From IMG/VR virus record IMGVR_UViG_3300042691_030495: 64,000 bases of DNA; one strand, written 5' to 3'. Every line of letters starts with the position of its first letter. Positions within the stretch are counted from its first letter, which is position 1. The stretch is from a virus. The position numbers were made by a program, and so were the translations under genes. Below, piece by piece: positions 9,015-19,214 of the stretch. The notes under the pieces were generated by a model. It ran no database searches and was not told the origin of the DNA. It worked only from the letters and a program-made list of their open reading frames with translations.

Positions 9015-9719
9015 ATGAGTCCTGTATTTAATGTAGACGCCTTTACTGCTGCTGGCTATGAAGTAGAAGAGCTTGCATCCGAAGTTTGGCTAGTGCGAAA
9101 TCTTGTAAATGACGAAGATCTAAAGCCTGTGTTTGACTACATTGAAAGTCTTTCTGAAGAAGACTGGTTGGGTCATTACATGGACCACCTGCGCGATAGG
9201 GCGGAGCGAGAATATGGCACTCGGGATATTGAAACTTTAAACAAAGAAGGCAAACTCGCCATCACTTTTGATTGGGCAGATAAAACTGTTAGAGTCGAGA
9301 ATCTCCCGATACTAGGCAAAGTTAATGACGCTATTACAAAGATTATCTCCTATGACCCAAACTTGTACTTTAATGGCCTAGGCACTATTCAACGTCAATA
9401 CGAAGGGTCAGATCTTAAAGTTCACGTAGATAACCATGTTGATCCGTATGTTGCTTACGCTGCAGTTATCTACTTGAATGATGATTACGTTCACGGGGAA
9501 GTCATATTCCCTGAGCAGGGGCTAGAAGTTAAGCCTGAAGCTGGTTCAATGCTGTTTTTCTCATCGGGTGAGACACACCCTCATGGAGTGAACCCTCCTG
9601 GACCCGGTCCCTTTCGCTACGTGTTTCCTTGCTTTATAAAACAAACAGAGCTACCTGAAGGTTTTGTCCACAGTCCTAGCGATATACATATGAAATATTC
9701 AACTAAGAGGAAGTATTAA
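9015..9719 (+). CDS. 2OG-Fe(II) oxygenase, prolyl-4-hydroxylase-like
   Basis: HVD...YLNDDYVHGEVIFP...HGV.....R; paralog of 7404-8048. Confidence 0.85.
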   Translation: MSPVFNVDAFTAAGYEVEELASEVWLVRNLVNDEDLKPVFDYIESLSEEDWLGHYMDHLRDRAEREYGTRDIETLNKEGKLAITFDWADKTVRVENLPILGKVNDAITKIISYDPNLYFNGLGTIQRQYEGSDLKVHVDNHVDPYVAYAAVIYLNDDYVHGEVIFPEQGLEVKPEAGSMLFFSSGETHPHGVNPPGPGPFRYVFPCFIKQTELPEGFVHSPSDIHMKYSTKRKY

Positions 9720-10418
9720 ATGACAGAAATTATATTTAGATCTAGTATGACGGTTGAGCTTGTTCAGTCTATGGGCGACGACTCTAGCGTTGTTAAGTCT
9801 GCCCGAGTGTCCACTGGTGGCGGAACTAGTACTCCTGAAAGAGATGCTGGACTGATTAACTATTTAATGAAAGATCGTCATGGTACTCCGTTTGAGCACA
9901 ATGCTTTTACCTTCTATATCGAGGCACCTATCTTTGTCTTCCGTGAGTTTATGCGTCACAGGATTGCTTCATACAATGAGGAGTCTGGACGCTATAAAGA
10001 GTTGGCTCCTATTTTCTATGTCCCTAAAGAGAGCCGTAAGTTAGTTCAGGTTGGTAAACCTGGCTCATATACTTTTGAAGAGGGGACCTACAGGCAGAAA
10101 AAGATACTACCTGCTGACATAAAGCGAATTGCTACTGAGGCATACTCTTCCTACGAAAAGCTACTAAAAGAGGGAGTTGCTCGAGAAGTAGCCAGAACTG
10201 TACTACCAGTTGGACTTTACTCTTCTATGTTTGTAACAATGAACGCTCGTGCCCTGATGAACTTTTTGAGCTTGCGTACTTCCGTTGAGTGGTCTAAGTT
10301 TCCTTCTTACCCACAGGCTGAGATTGAAATGGTTGCAGAAAAGATGGAAGCTATCTTTGCTGAAAAGATGCCAATTACTTATAAGACATTTAACATGAAT
10401 GGTCGAGTAGCCCCATAA
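9720..10418 (+). CDS. thyX: FAD-dependent thymidylate synthase
   Basis: HGTPFEH, RHRIASYNEESGRY ThyX motif, REVARTVLP, NARALMNFL.LR. Confidence 0.95.
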   Translation: MTEIIFRSSMTVELVQSMGDDSSVVKSARVSTGGGTSTPERDAGLINYLMKDRHGTPFEHNAFTFYIEAPIFVFREFMRHRIASYNEESGRYKELAPIFYVPKESRKLVQVGKPGSYTFEEGTYRQKKILPADIKRIATEAYSSYEKLLKEGVAREVARTVLPVGLYSSMFVTMNARALMNFLSLRTSVEWSKFPSYPQAEIEMVAEKMEAIFAEKMPITYKTFNMNGRVAP

Positions 10419-10469
10419 AATAAAACTGGCACCTAGGATGTCCTAGATGCCAGCTCTACTTGTTGCTTA

Positions 10470-11693
10470 TTACTTTGTCGGGTTTGTTCCATCTGCACTA
10501 GGTGTAGCTGGCTGAGGGGCCGAAGTAGCTTTAAACTTCGGACGGATAACAACGTGAACCTGGTCGTAGCGACGGTCGCGCTTGTACACGCCTCCACCGT
10601 TAGACTGTGATCCACCCATTCCGTTAGTGGTGTTTCCTTCGTAGCATGTGATGGTCTTCTTCTTAGGGTTAGTCTTAAGAACAATTCCAGTGTGGTCTGG
10701 GTCATTGTTGCGCTCCCAGTCGAAGAATATGATGTCGCCAGGAAGGGCTTCGGTAACCTTTACGGCTTCAAAGCCTTTCTTCTTTAGACCATTGATTCCT
10801 GCAGTGCAGCCTACGTATCCCTTAGGGGTCTGAGCGTTGCGTACAATGTAGCCTGCTCCAGACTTCTGGAAGATGTAGGAAACGAAAGACGCACACCACG
10901 GAGCATAGTTAAGTCCCATGAACTTACCGAACATGGTGTCTTTCTTTGGTCCCTCGACGTACTTCTTGTCTACAAAGTATTTTGCAAGAGCTAGAACTGC
11001 TTCTGGGCTTCCAGGAGTTAGTCCTTCCTTTTCGATTAGTGGGTGTAAAGGAATTCCTGCTACAGCAGTCTTTGCTGGTGCTGCTTTCTTTGGTGCGGGT
11101 GTTGCGTGTTGCGCAACAGGCTCCGCATCTTCGTGGTTGATTGGAGCTATGGTGACAGGAGCATTTTCTGGAGTTGCAACTTTACCTTCTGCAATTAGCT
11201 TTTCCTGCTGGATAACAGACTTAACAAAAGCAATTGGGCTAACGAAGCCTTTGCCTTTTAGATCCCAGACGTGCTTTTTGCCTTCAACAATTTCAAAGTG
11301 TAGGTGTCTTCCAGCTGAAGCTCCGGTGTTTCCCATGACTCCTAGAACCGTTCCAGCTTCAATCTTCTGCCCGGTCTTGACTTTAAGAGATCCTTCTACC
11401 ATGTGGCCGTAGCGGGTGACGTACCACTTACCGTTAACTTTACAACGAAGGTCTACGTAGTATCCAACTCCTCCTAAAGATCCGTCAGCGTTTTTAAGCT
11501 TTGATGTGCCTGCATAGACTACAGTTCCGTCATGCCAAGCTTCACAGAAAATCTTTTCGGCTGGTCCCCAAAGGTCATCGCCATTATGGTGCTTCTTAAT
11601 TTTTTCGATGGGATGCACTCTCCATCCGAAAGGACTTGTAATCTTCCAAGCCTTCCCCTGTTTCCCGTCTATAGGGAACTGTGCTTTTGCCAT
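10470..11693 (-). CDS. Endolysin-like protein: M23 peptidase plus CHAP domain
   Basis: HNGDD...YGH...GNTGASAGRHLHFE (M23); PWCASFVS...PGDIIFFDW...HTGIV...EGNT (CHAP); SD-supported start 11693. Confidence 0.88.
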   Translation of the reverse strand: MAKAQFPIDGKQGKAWKITSPFGWRVHPIEKIKKHHNGDDLWGPAEKIFCEAWHDGTVVYAGTSKLKNADGSLGGVGYYVDLRCKVNGKWYVTRYGHMVEGSLKVKTGQKIEAGTVLGVMGNTGASAGRHLHFEIVEGKKHVWDLKGKGFVSPIAFVKSVIQQEKLIAEGKVATPENAPVTIAPINHEDAEPVAQHATPAPKKAAPAKTAVAGIPLHPLIEKEGLTPGSPEAVLALAKYFVDKKYVEGPKKDTMFGKFMGLNYAPWCASFVSYIFQKSGAGYIVRNAQTPKGYVGCTAGINGLKKKGFEAVKVTEALPGDIIFFDWERNNDPDHTGIVLKTNPKKKTITCYEGNTTNGMGGSQSNGGGVYKRDRRYDQVHVVIRPKFKATSAPQPATPSADGTNPTK

Positions 11694-11782
11694 TGTAACT
11701 CTCCTAGATATAGTATCTCCCACTCAATTGTACCAAGCGCTCGGGGGGTGCGAATTTGGATTAGATAGTGTAGGCTTTCATC

Positions 11783-13088
11783 ATGGACTTTAAAGAACGA
11801 AGCGCATACTTAAGCGACTACATGGCGAAAGTGATAGACGCCAAAACTGTAGCAGAAAACGCACAAAAAGCAGCATTAGATGCAGCTTCTGAATTTGGGT
11901 ATGAGATGGGGGTAATGTTCGAGAAGGGCCGGATATATGAAGAGTTGGACACGATCTACCACTCCTTGACAGATGAGGAAGAGGATGCTAGGTTGACCTT
12001 AGAGATCGCCAAGCAGGTAGTCTCTAGAACGGACTACAAAGATGAATGAAAGTTTTGACTTTAACTTTGACGCATCGGAATACGCTAAATCCATAGACAG
12101 TGAGAAACTTGCTGATCTTTGGGCGAAGGTAGAAGTTGCAAAGATTATGATGGATCAGGCAAATAAACTAACTCGTCAGGTTTATGCTGACCTAGAGTTT
12201 TATAAAATGACTTCTACTTTTCGAGATGACCCAAATGACTGAGCACGCTCCTAGAGATCTCCCACTAAGTGATGCACCTAGATCATGGCGACGTGATATT
12301 AAAGTTATGGAACGGATTTGTATACACGGGATTGGTCATCCGGATCCAGAACTTGAATATGAGGGAGAAGATGCGGTCCACTCCTGTGATGGTTGCTGTT
12401 GGAGTGAGACACCTTAATGCAAACTTGGATTGATATTCTAACGGACCCGCATCATCTATTGGCAGACTTCCTAATGAACGTTGGCTTTGAGATCGCTTTT
12501 GCTTGGGTTACATATTTAATTCTAGTTAAAGCTCTTAGACAGAGTAGAAGAAAAAAGCCTAGGGGAAGAAGAGCTAAAAGAAGGTCTGATACAATTAGAA
12601 GATGAACAGCTTAGAGGGTAAGACTTCTGGTGTGTATAAGGTTTACACAGAAACCAGTTCTTACATTATTAATCTCAATCGTGGGATAGCTAAGCGCGCA
12701 CCGGGGGATGGGATGGGTAAGGCTCCTGAAGAGGAGCTAGAGCTAGAAGTGGTAATGCTTCGTGGGGATAATATGTGGTTCAATCTTCGGGCAGTAAATG
12801 CTACTGTTGGGCAGATAATGCACCTAGATTGTGAAGGAATCGACGCCACAAGTGGTTATACTTGGCGTAGGACAACAATCGTACGAAAGATTGAAAAGAT
12901 AGATGGACGCAAAAAAGTATGATCGGCAGGTTGAACTTGTCGACATTGGTGAGGCCGAAGAGCTCGCTGTAAAAATGATCATGCAAGAAGGAGCCTTACG
13001 GTTCCAAGACTTGGTGGTTGCTGAACTTACAAAGCATGGTATGTTCGACGCCATTACTGTTATAGAAAAAGTCGAGCTTGACTCTTAA
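11783..13088 (+). CDS. Run of six small overlapping hypothetical genes (11783-12049, 12042-12242, 12226-12417, 12417-12605, 12602-12922, 12903-13088)
   Basis: Tightly packed co-oriented ORFs with start/stop overlaps, typical of phage. Confidence 0.6.
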
Positions 13089-13350
13089 ACAGAGAGTTAA
13101 GGATGCTGCAAAACCACATCTTGCCCAGTATGGGAGAGCTCCTGTATTGGTTAAGGGTGCCACTTGGGTTCTTGTCGCGTTAATCATCATTCCTGATCCT
13201 TTTGACTGGATCCCTGGACTCGCGCTAATGGACGAACTTTTGTATGCTTCTGTACTATTATGCTTACTACATAAGTATGGTGCAGCTGCTGGTGAAGACA
13301 AAAGAAGTGCAAAAGATCTAGTTAACGAAATTATAGGGAGAAAAAACTAA
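13078..13350 (+). CDS. DUF1232/YkvA-like membrane protein
   Basis: IIPDPFDWIPGLALMDE motif between hydrophobic helices. Confidence 0.55.
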   Translation: MTLKQRVKDAAKPHLAQYGRAPVLVKGATWVLVALIIIPDPFDWIPGLALMDELLYASVLLCLLHKYGAAAGEDKRSAKDLVNEIIGRKN

Positions 13351-13637
13351 TGGACATTGAACAATTTAAAGAAGTATCTAAACCGTTTTACAGTGAGACC
13401 TATCAAGTTCTAGTTAAGAAGCAGGCTGACTATGGGCCACTTAATATCTCTAGAGCTCCTGGAGGTCCTTTGAATGGTCTTAGGGTTCGTATGCATGACA
13501 AGCTATCTCGTATTAATCACTTGATTGACAGCGGTGCAACACCAGAGAACGAAAGTTTGCGCGACTCTTTCCTAGATCTTGCAAACTATAGCGTTATCGC
13601 AATGATGGTTCTAGATGGCAAATGGCCAAGTGAGTAA
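13350..13637 (+). CDS. Nucleotide-modification-associated domain 1 (DUF1599-like) protein
   Basis: KKQADYG..NI...LRVRMHDKLSRI...ESLRDSFLDLANY. Confidence 0.75.
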   Translation: MDIEQFKEVSKPFYSETYQVLVKKQADYGPLNISRAPGGPLNGLRVRMHDKLSRINHLIDSGATPENESLRDSFLDLANYSVIAMMVLDGKWPSE

Positions 13638-14388
13638 TGAAGAAGCCGAAAAGCTTAAGCAAGAGGGCCGCGAGGAAGTCTTGGACTGGCTTGTAGCTAG
13701 GGAGTTCCTAGGCTACAGTAGGCCGGAAAACCTATACTTTCGGTGGGACTGGTACAAGGGTGTCCTTACCCAGATGCCTTGGGCCAAATCAGAGAAAAAC
13801 TAGACTGATAAAATTAACCTATCTTTAGAGATAGGAAATATTATGACTCCAACACCTCCATACTTTCAGAGCCAAATGGAAGAGCAAAAGAAGTGGGACG
13901 ATGGCTTTAGAGCTGGGGTAGCTGAAGTTGTCTCTGCACTGTCAGAAAACGTGTCATCTGAAGACTTAGAGGGTCCCACAAGGGACTGGGTAAAAGACTT
14001 TAACGACAAGGTCTCAAAGAAGTATTTGTAGTCTAAATATTCTGATAGGGTAAACATAGCCCGATTAAAAGCTTAGGAGACTACTGGCATGAGGATTAAT
14101 GAGAAGAGCTTGCAACGTCTTCAAAAGCAGCGCCACATGTACGACATTCAGCGTATGATTTTGGCCAATCCTCTATTTAAAAACCTAGGTGCTAAAGATC
14201 AAAAGACCTTACAAAAGCTTATTTATAAAGCTGAGCTGGCTGAGATGTTTATGCGCGATCGTAACGTGATTAGGATCAACCAATCCTTTGATGAGATTAT
14301 GGAAAATGTCATGGGTATGATTGACGAGTCTATGTATAGCGAAGAAGAACTTGAAGAAAAAAGACGTCGCGAAGAGGATGATTTTTAG
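13615..14388 (+). CDS. Three small hypothetical genes (13615-13803, 13843-14031, 14089-14388)
   Basis: Co-oriented ORFs; SD motifs before 13843 and 14089. Confidence 0.55.
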
Positions 14389-14461
14389 ACTTTTGTGTGT
14401 ATAATGAAATTGTACTTATGGGTACTGTTCATTGTTATTCCTTTAGTGTGATTGATACAGA

Positions 14462-14498
14462 AAGCCCCCGGTGTAGAGGCCGGGGGTTTTTTGTTTTT
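14462..14498. terminator. Intrinsic terminator between convergent transcription units
   Basis: AAGCCCCCGG-loop-CCGGGGGTTTTTTG. Confidence 0.8.
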
Positions 14499-14510
14499 AA
14501 GGTCTGTGTG

Positions 14511-15281
14511 CTATGGGAGTCTTGACCAAGTTATTGGTCCAACAATGCCGTCAACTTTTAAACCATTTGCTTTCTGAAAAGCTCGGACTGCTCTGTCAGT
14601 GATTGGACCGAACTGTCCGTCTTGTTTTAGACCCAACTTACTTTGTAGAAAAACTACATTCGGTCCTGTAGATCCTATTTTTAACCACTTACCTAATCTA
14701 GGTTTTTTACTTACTGGAGGAGTAGGTGGTGGGGTAGGGACTGGAATTGACGTTGGTGCTGGTGCAGAGTTAGATGCTCTCTTATTGCACTCAGCAACAA
14801 TGTAGTCAAGTTGAGACATTATGAATGGTCCAGGACAAGCGGTTGCTTTGTACTGTGAGTGCCACGCTATAAAGAACTCTGACTGTCTAACTGAAGGCTC
14901 ATTCTTTGCAAATCCTTTTCCTGCTCTAGGCGATTGACTTGCGTGAAACACAATTACATCAATTAAAGCATTAAGAGATTCCGGAGATATAGGCCAATCT
15001 CCTCCAGTAGAAGAGTTATCTATCTCAAACGAAACAGCGTTTGGATCTGGGGCTCCACCAGTTGAGTGGGGTCTGCGTTCAGGGTTTACAATCCCTGTTA
15101 CAGCTCCGCTTCTGGCTATGTGATATGTGGGGTGTGAATCTCTAGTGTTAGCGTTAGCTACATAAGATAACCCGTTAGTACCTGCAACGTGGTGTATTAC
15201 TACTCCGTTGATTGGTTGACCATTACGAGAGCCACCAAATCCGTTATCTTGTACTCCTGATACTTTTGGATACCACGTCAT
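14511..15281 (-). CDS. N-acetylmuramoyl-L-alanine amidase with C-terminal peptidoglycan-binding domain
   Basis: VVIHH...YHI...FEI...WH....TACPG; DGQFGPITDRAVRAFQ...DGIVGPITW; SD-supported start 15281. Confidence 0.88.
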   Translation of the reverse strand: MTWYPKVSGVQDNGFGGSRNGQPINGVVIHHVAGTNGLSYVANANTRDSHPTYHIARSGAVTGIVNPERRPHSTGGAPDPNAVSFEIDNSSTGGDWPISPESLNALIDVIVFHASQSPRAGKGFAKNEPSVRQSEFFIAWHSQYKATACPGPFIMSQLDYIVAECNKRASNSAPAPTSIPVPTPPPTPPVSKKPRLGKWLKIGSTGPNVVFLQSKLGLKQDGQFGPITDRAVRAFQKANGLKVDGIVGPITWSRLP

Positions 15282-15409
15282 ACGTTTCTCCTCTTTAACA
15301 TTTACTTCTCCTTGCGCGTTGGGACTTGTTTCCAGTTTTAGAAACAATAGTGCCGTCTTCGACAAGCCCCCTTGATTTATAAAGTAAAAGTAAAGTTAAG
15401 TACTTTTTA

Positions 15410-16084
15410 TTAGCCCAGCAGTCCCCAGGTCTTAGGTCCGACAACTCCATCAGCAGTTAAACCTTTTGAAGCTTGGAAAGCGACAACAGCTGCGTGAGTC
15501 TTAGGACCGAATGGACCAGTTGGGTTTACACCAAGTTTGTTTTGTAAGTAAAGAACATCTGCGTTAGCAGGTTCGCCTTGCTTTAGCATTCTTCCTGGGT
15601 ACGCTCTTGTTCCAGCTTTAGCTGGTGCTGCAGGTGTTGCAGGTGCAGGTGCAGCACTTGTAGGTGCGCCTCTAAAAGCTTCGTAGTCAATGTTTCCAGC
15701 ACCCATAGTTGGTGTACCGCCGACTCTGAATGAGAAGTGAAGGTGTGCTCCGTAGCCGTTTTCTTTGCCAAGACCTGAGCCACCAGTTAGGCCAATTACT
15801 TGACCCTGCTTTACTGCTTGTCCTGGTTGAACATCAATGCGTGAAAGGTGCAGGTAATCTGCAGTGTGACCTGATGGGAAGCTTAGAAATACCATACGTC
15901 CACCAGCCCCGGTGAAAGTGTTAACAATATTTATAACAGTTCCGTCAGCGACTGCTTTTGCTGGTGTTCCAGTAGCAACCGCGTAGTCAACTCCTGGATT
16001 TACTGAGGGCTTTGCCCTATTCTTGTGCCCGTTAAAGCTATCTGAAATTGATCCGCCATCTACTGGCCGTATCCATGTTGACAT
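15410..16084 (-). CDS. M23 peptidase with peptidoglycan-binding domain
   Basis: NPGVDY, YLHLS, AHLHF; FGPKTHAAVVAFQ...DGVVGPKTW. Confidence 0.85.
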   Translation of the reverse strand: MSTWIRPVDGGSISDSFNGHKNRAKPSVNPGVDYAVATGTPAKAVADGTVINIVNTFTGAGGRMVFLSFPSGHTADYLHLSRIDVQPGQAVKQGQVIGLTGGSGLGKENGYGAHLHFSFRVGGTPTMGAGNIDYEAFRGAPTSAAPAPATPAAPAKAGTRAYPGRMLKQGEPANADVLYLQNKLGVNPTGPFGPKTHAAVVAFQASKGLTADGVVGPKTWGLLG

Positions 16085-16252
16085 ATTAAATCTCCTTAGT
16101 TTTCCATAATTATTTGGAATGTGCGTTAATACTGCTTTTCAGCATCAAATTATATTATACATGAAAAATTTTTCACCCTTTTATTTACAACGGATATAAG
16201 AAACCCCGGTAACTACTCCAATTACAGAGAGCTACCGGGGCTTAGGGAACGA

Positions 16253-16459
16253 CTACTTAGTTTTCTTTTTTGTTTCTTTTTCTTCCTTCTCATAGCGGAA
16301 GAACGGGAAGGTTACAACCCACAGGAGGAGGGTCAAACCAATTAGGTTTCCTGTTAGATCTTTAGCGGAGCCTTCTAGTACTAACCATGCAACGGCCATA
16401 CCAAGAAGAGTCCACGACTGCTCGATTACGTCTTTTACTAGTGCTTTGATGAAATGCAT
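16253..16459 (-). CDS. Small two-TM membrane protein (holin-like)
   Basis: Two hydrophobic segments and a charged C-terminus. Confidence 0.5.
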   Translation of the reverse strand: MHFIKALVKDVIEQSWTLLGMAVAWLVLEGSAKDLTGNLIGLTLLLWVVTFPFFRYEKEEKETKKKTK

Positions 16460-16867
16460 TTATTTGCTTCCTTTTTCTCTTCTTTGTTTTAGTAGTTCAA
16501 AGTCTTTGACTTTTGTTTCTCCCATGTAGTCCCACGCATATCCTCCTGCAATTAATGCAGTGTTAACGGATTCGCTTGCGCCATCTAGGAAAATCCAACC
16601 AAGGATCCGGCCATACTTTTCAGTAGAGTCTGGCTTCTCGGTGCGAATAACAATAAGACTTGCAGCCTTTAGGGTCTCAGCTAAGTGCTTCTTAACTTCT
16701 AGTCCTAAAGCCTTTTCTGCTTTGTCAGTCGTGCGTGATTCTGGTGTATCTATTCCAGCTAGACGGACTCGCTGGGTGTAGGAGATGTTGAAGCCTAGAT
16801 CTAGATCGACGTCAATAGTGTCTCCGTCAACTACCCTTAAGACTTGCTTTACTCGATATTCGTACAT
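16460..16867 (-). CDS. Thermonuclease (SNase) family nuclease
   Basis: VVDGDTID...VRLAGIDTPES...KYGRILG. Confidence 0.9.
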   Translation of the reverse strand: MYEYRVKQVLRVVDGDTIDVDLDLGFNISYTQRVRLAGIDTPESRTTDKAEKALGLEVKKHLAETLKAASLIVIRTEKPDSTEKYGRILGWIFLDGASESVNTALIAGGYAWDYMGETKVKDFELLKQRREKGSK

Positions 16868-18844
16868 TTATGCTCCGCTTCTTATGTTTACGGTGGTTGC
16901 TATACCGGCCATTGAAACGGCGGATAGGGCTATCTGGGTGACTACAACGGCTGTAACAACCACCTTTTCTGACTGCTCTCGGACCTGAGGGCTCATGTCA
17001 GCTCCAGCGTTTCCTAGGAAGTTAAGGGTTTCTAGGGCCCCTCCAAGGACGTCACCAAGGAGTGGGATGGCTGCTAGGGACTCGTCTAGGACAATGTCAT
17101 CCTGCTGGGCTGCCACGAATAGGGCCTCAAGAGCCTGCTCGTACTCCTCAGAGCCTGGTTCTGCTGTTTCGAAGGTCTCGAGGGCTGCCTCAATAAGAGC
17201 CTCTGCCTGGGCCTCTGAGAGCTCTGTAGGGACTATTTCAGCTAGGTCTATATCCATAAGGACTTCAGGGGTAATCTCCTCTGGCAAATCCTCTACAGAA
17301 GTGATAGGCTCCTCTTCAGAAGGAGTTGGTTCAGGTGAAGGTTCAGGTGAAGGCTCAGGTTCGACAGGTTCTGGAGAGGGCTCTACAGGTTCTGTGGTTG
17401 GCTCTTCTGGTTGCTCTGGTTCCTCTGGCTGTGGTGTGGTCGGTTCTTCTGGCTCTGGCTCCAGCGATGGTTCTGGTTCTGGGACTACTGGTGTGGTCGG
17501 CGGTACGGTTGGTTCAACGGTCGGTTCTGGGGATGGAGTCGGAGTCGGCTCCACTGGAATCGGCTCATAAGTAACCAGAAGGATTAGCACCTTCACGGTT
17601 CCGCCTGCTGGATCATTCTGGAAAGTTTCGTTCGATACTTCTACTGTTGCTGAAGTCTCTCCAGCTAGTAGCTCAAACAAAATAGAAGAGACGTCTTGTC
17701 CTCTGGTCGAGTTGTTTGGATCTCCGTAGTATCCTGTGGCACTGGCAATTCTCTGACCTTCAGGGGCGATTATCTCTATAGACTGGCCTTCGTTTGTAAC
17801 TGTTGCACCATTTGGAACTGTAGGTGGAGGCGGTGGAGGGGACGCTACTAATGTCGAAGCAGTGTCCGAGTATGGAGAGTAGACAGCTTCTGTGTCGTTA
17901 TCAGAACGTATTCTGAATTGGTAAGTCTGATCTAATCCACCTGTTGTTTGGAAAGAGTCTCTAGGTATGATGATGCTGTTTGTAGTAGACGCTACTCCCC
18001 AGCCGGTGACAAAGTTATCTGTTGACCAACTGACTGCGTAGCGCTCTACTGAAGTGCTTGTAGGGGTTGGAGCATCCCAGGTAAGCTGAACGGTTCCATC
18101 CTGTAGTTGAGTAGCGGTTACGTTTGTTGGAGCGTTAAGAGACGGAGCTGGTGGCTCTGGGGTAAAAGGGTTCTCTGTTGGTGGCTCTGGAGTAAGCTCT
18201 GGAGTCTCTTCAGTCTCTTCAATTCCGTAGGTCTCAAAGTCAACGATTGTGCCATCGTTTAGACGCACTCCGGTTCTAGGGTTGTACTGTGGGTACTCTG
18301 GACCAGAGAGGGTGTAAGCCATAGCAACTGTGCCATCTGAAAGAATGGCAGCAGTAATCACAATATGAGTTGGCTCTGTTGCATTTTGTAGCCAGATTGG
18401 TCTAGCTGAAATGTCTACCTGGAATCCACCATCTGATGAACGAATGATTAAATGTTCGTCAGATCTCCACTGCGGGTATACAACCCAGTCGAAGGAGTAG
18501 AGGGAGATAGAAGGAGTAGAGGGGTAAGTCCAGTAGGTTCCATCTGGAGCGCCGAAGACGATAACTGAGTTGGTTGTAGCGTAGACGCTGTTATAGGCTA
18601 CTCCGTCAAAAGTTACGTCAACGGATAGTGGAATCTGATAAGAGGTGTCATCTCCACCGCAAGTGTTAAGCTCTACAACTACTGGTTCAGTTGAAGCATT
18701 TTGTTGGGCAGCAGCCACTGCAGCTTCTTGTCCTGGGTAGACGCAAGTATTAGCGTTGGCTAAGTCTGCTGCAAGGAATGCTGGGGCAAACGCGAGTAAA
18801 AAGGCTAGAAGGATTCTGCTTCTAGTTAGTTTAAATTTAGGCAT
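16868..18844 (-). CDS. Secreted/membrane-anchored surface protein with FN3 domain, lectin-like domain and Pro/Glu-rich stalk
   Basis: N-terminal signal peptide; APTNVTA...LTWDAP...Y.V...YQFRIRS (FN3); YYGDP...NDPAGGTVKVL; EP/TP repeats; C-terminal hydrophobic segment. Confidence 0.7.
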   Translation of the reverse strand: MPKFKLTRSRILLAFLLAFAPAFLAADLANANTCVYPGQEAAVAAAQQNASTEPVVVELNTCGGDDTSYQIPLSVDVTFDGVAYNSVYATTNSVIVFGAPDGTYWTYPSTPSISLYSFDWVVYPQWRSDEHLIIRSSDGGFQVDISARPIWLQNATEPTHIVITAAILSDGTVAMAYTLSGPEYPQYNPRTGVRLNDGTIVDFETYGIEETEETPELTPEPPTENPFTPEPPAPSLNAPTNVTATQLQDGTVQLTWDAPTPTSTSVERYAVSWSTDNFVTGWGVASTTNSIIIPRDSFQTTGGLDQTYQFRIRSDNDTEAVYSPYSDTASTLVASPPPPPPTVPNGATVTNEGQSIEIIAPEGQRIASATGYYGDPNNSTRGQDVSSILFELLAGETSATVEVSNETFQNDPAGGTVKVLILLVTYEPIPVEPTPTPSPEPTVEPTVPPTTPVVPEPEPSLEPEPEEPTTPQPEEPEQPEEPTTEPVEPSPEPVEPEPSPEPSPEPTPSEEEPITSVEDLPEEITPEVLMDIDLAEIVPTELSEAQAEALIEAALETFETAEPGSEEYEQALEALFVAAQQDDIVLDESLAAIPLLGDVLGGALETLNFLGNAGADMSPQVREQSEKVVVTAVVVTQIALSAVSMAGIATTVNIRSGA

Positions 18845-18847
18845 ACT

Positions 18848-19132
18848 CTACTTCTTGGCCTTAGCCTTAGTGGTGGAATTGCCGTCCTGATCGACGCCCT
18901 TAAGGGACATAGCAGGGGCAAAGGCAGCGTTGATTTCTGCACGGGTTAATTTGCCATCTTCTAGGAAGGCAACGGATAGACGCTCGATAACCTTGGCAAC
19001 TGCAAGGATTCCGCCCATAGCCATAGCCAGCCATAGGTCTACGCCCATGACAGCTCCAGCGCCAATGACGCCTAGGGCAGATGCGATAAAGGTTGCCACT
19101 ATTCGGGCAAGAACATTAAGGGTTGTTTTCAA
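18848..19132 (-). CDS. Small membrane protein (holin-like)
   Basis: Two hydrophobic helices, DGKLTRAEINAAF, basic tail. Confidence 0.5.
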   Translation of the reverse strand: MKTTLNVLARIVATFIASALGVIGAGAVMGVDLWLAMAMGGILAVAKVIERLSVAFLEDGKLTRAEINAAFAPAMSLKGVDQDGNSTTKAKAKK

Positions 19133-19214
19133 TCTGGGGCCTTTAAATTAGGCCTCTCCCCAGAGAACTACTGCTTATATTTTATCAGACTTCTATTTGT
19201 AGTAGTATTTTTTT

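Noticed and set aside
16995-17574. Plus-strand Ser/Gly-rich ORFs
   Set aside because: These are antisense shadows of the Pro/Glu-rich repeat in the minus-strand gene.
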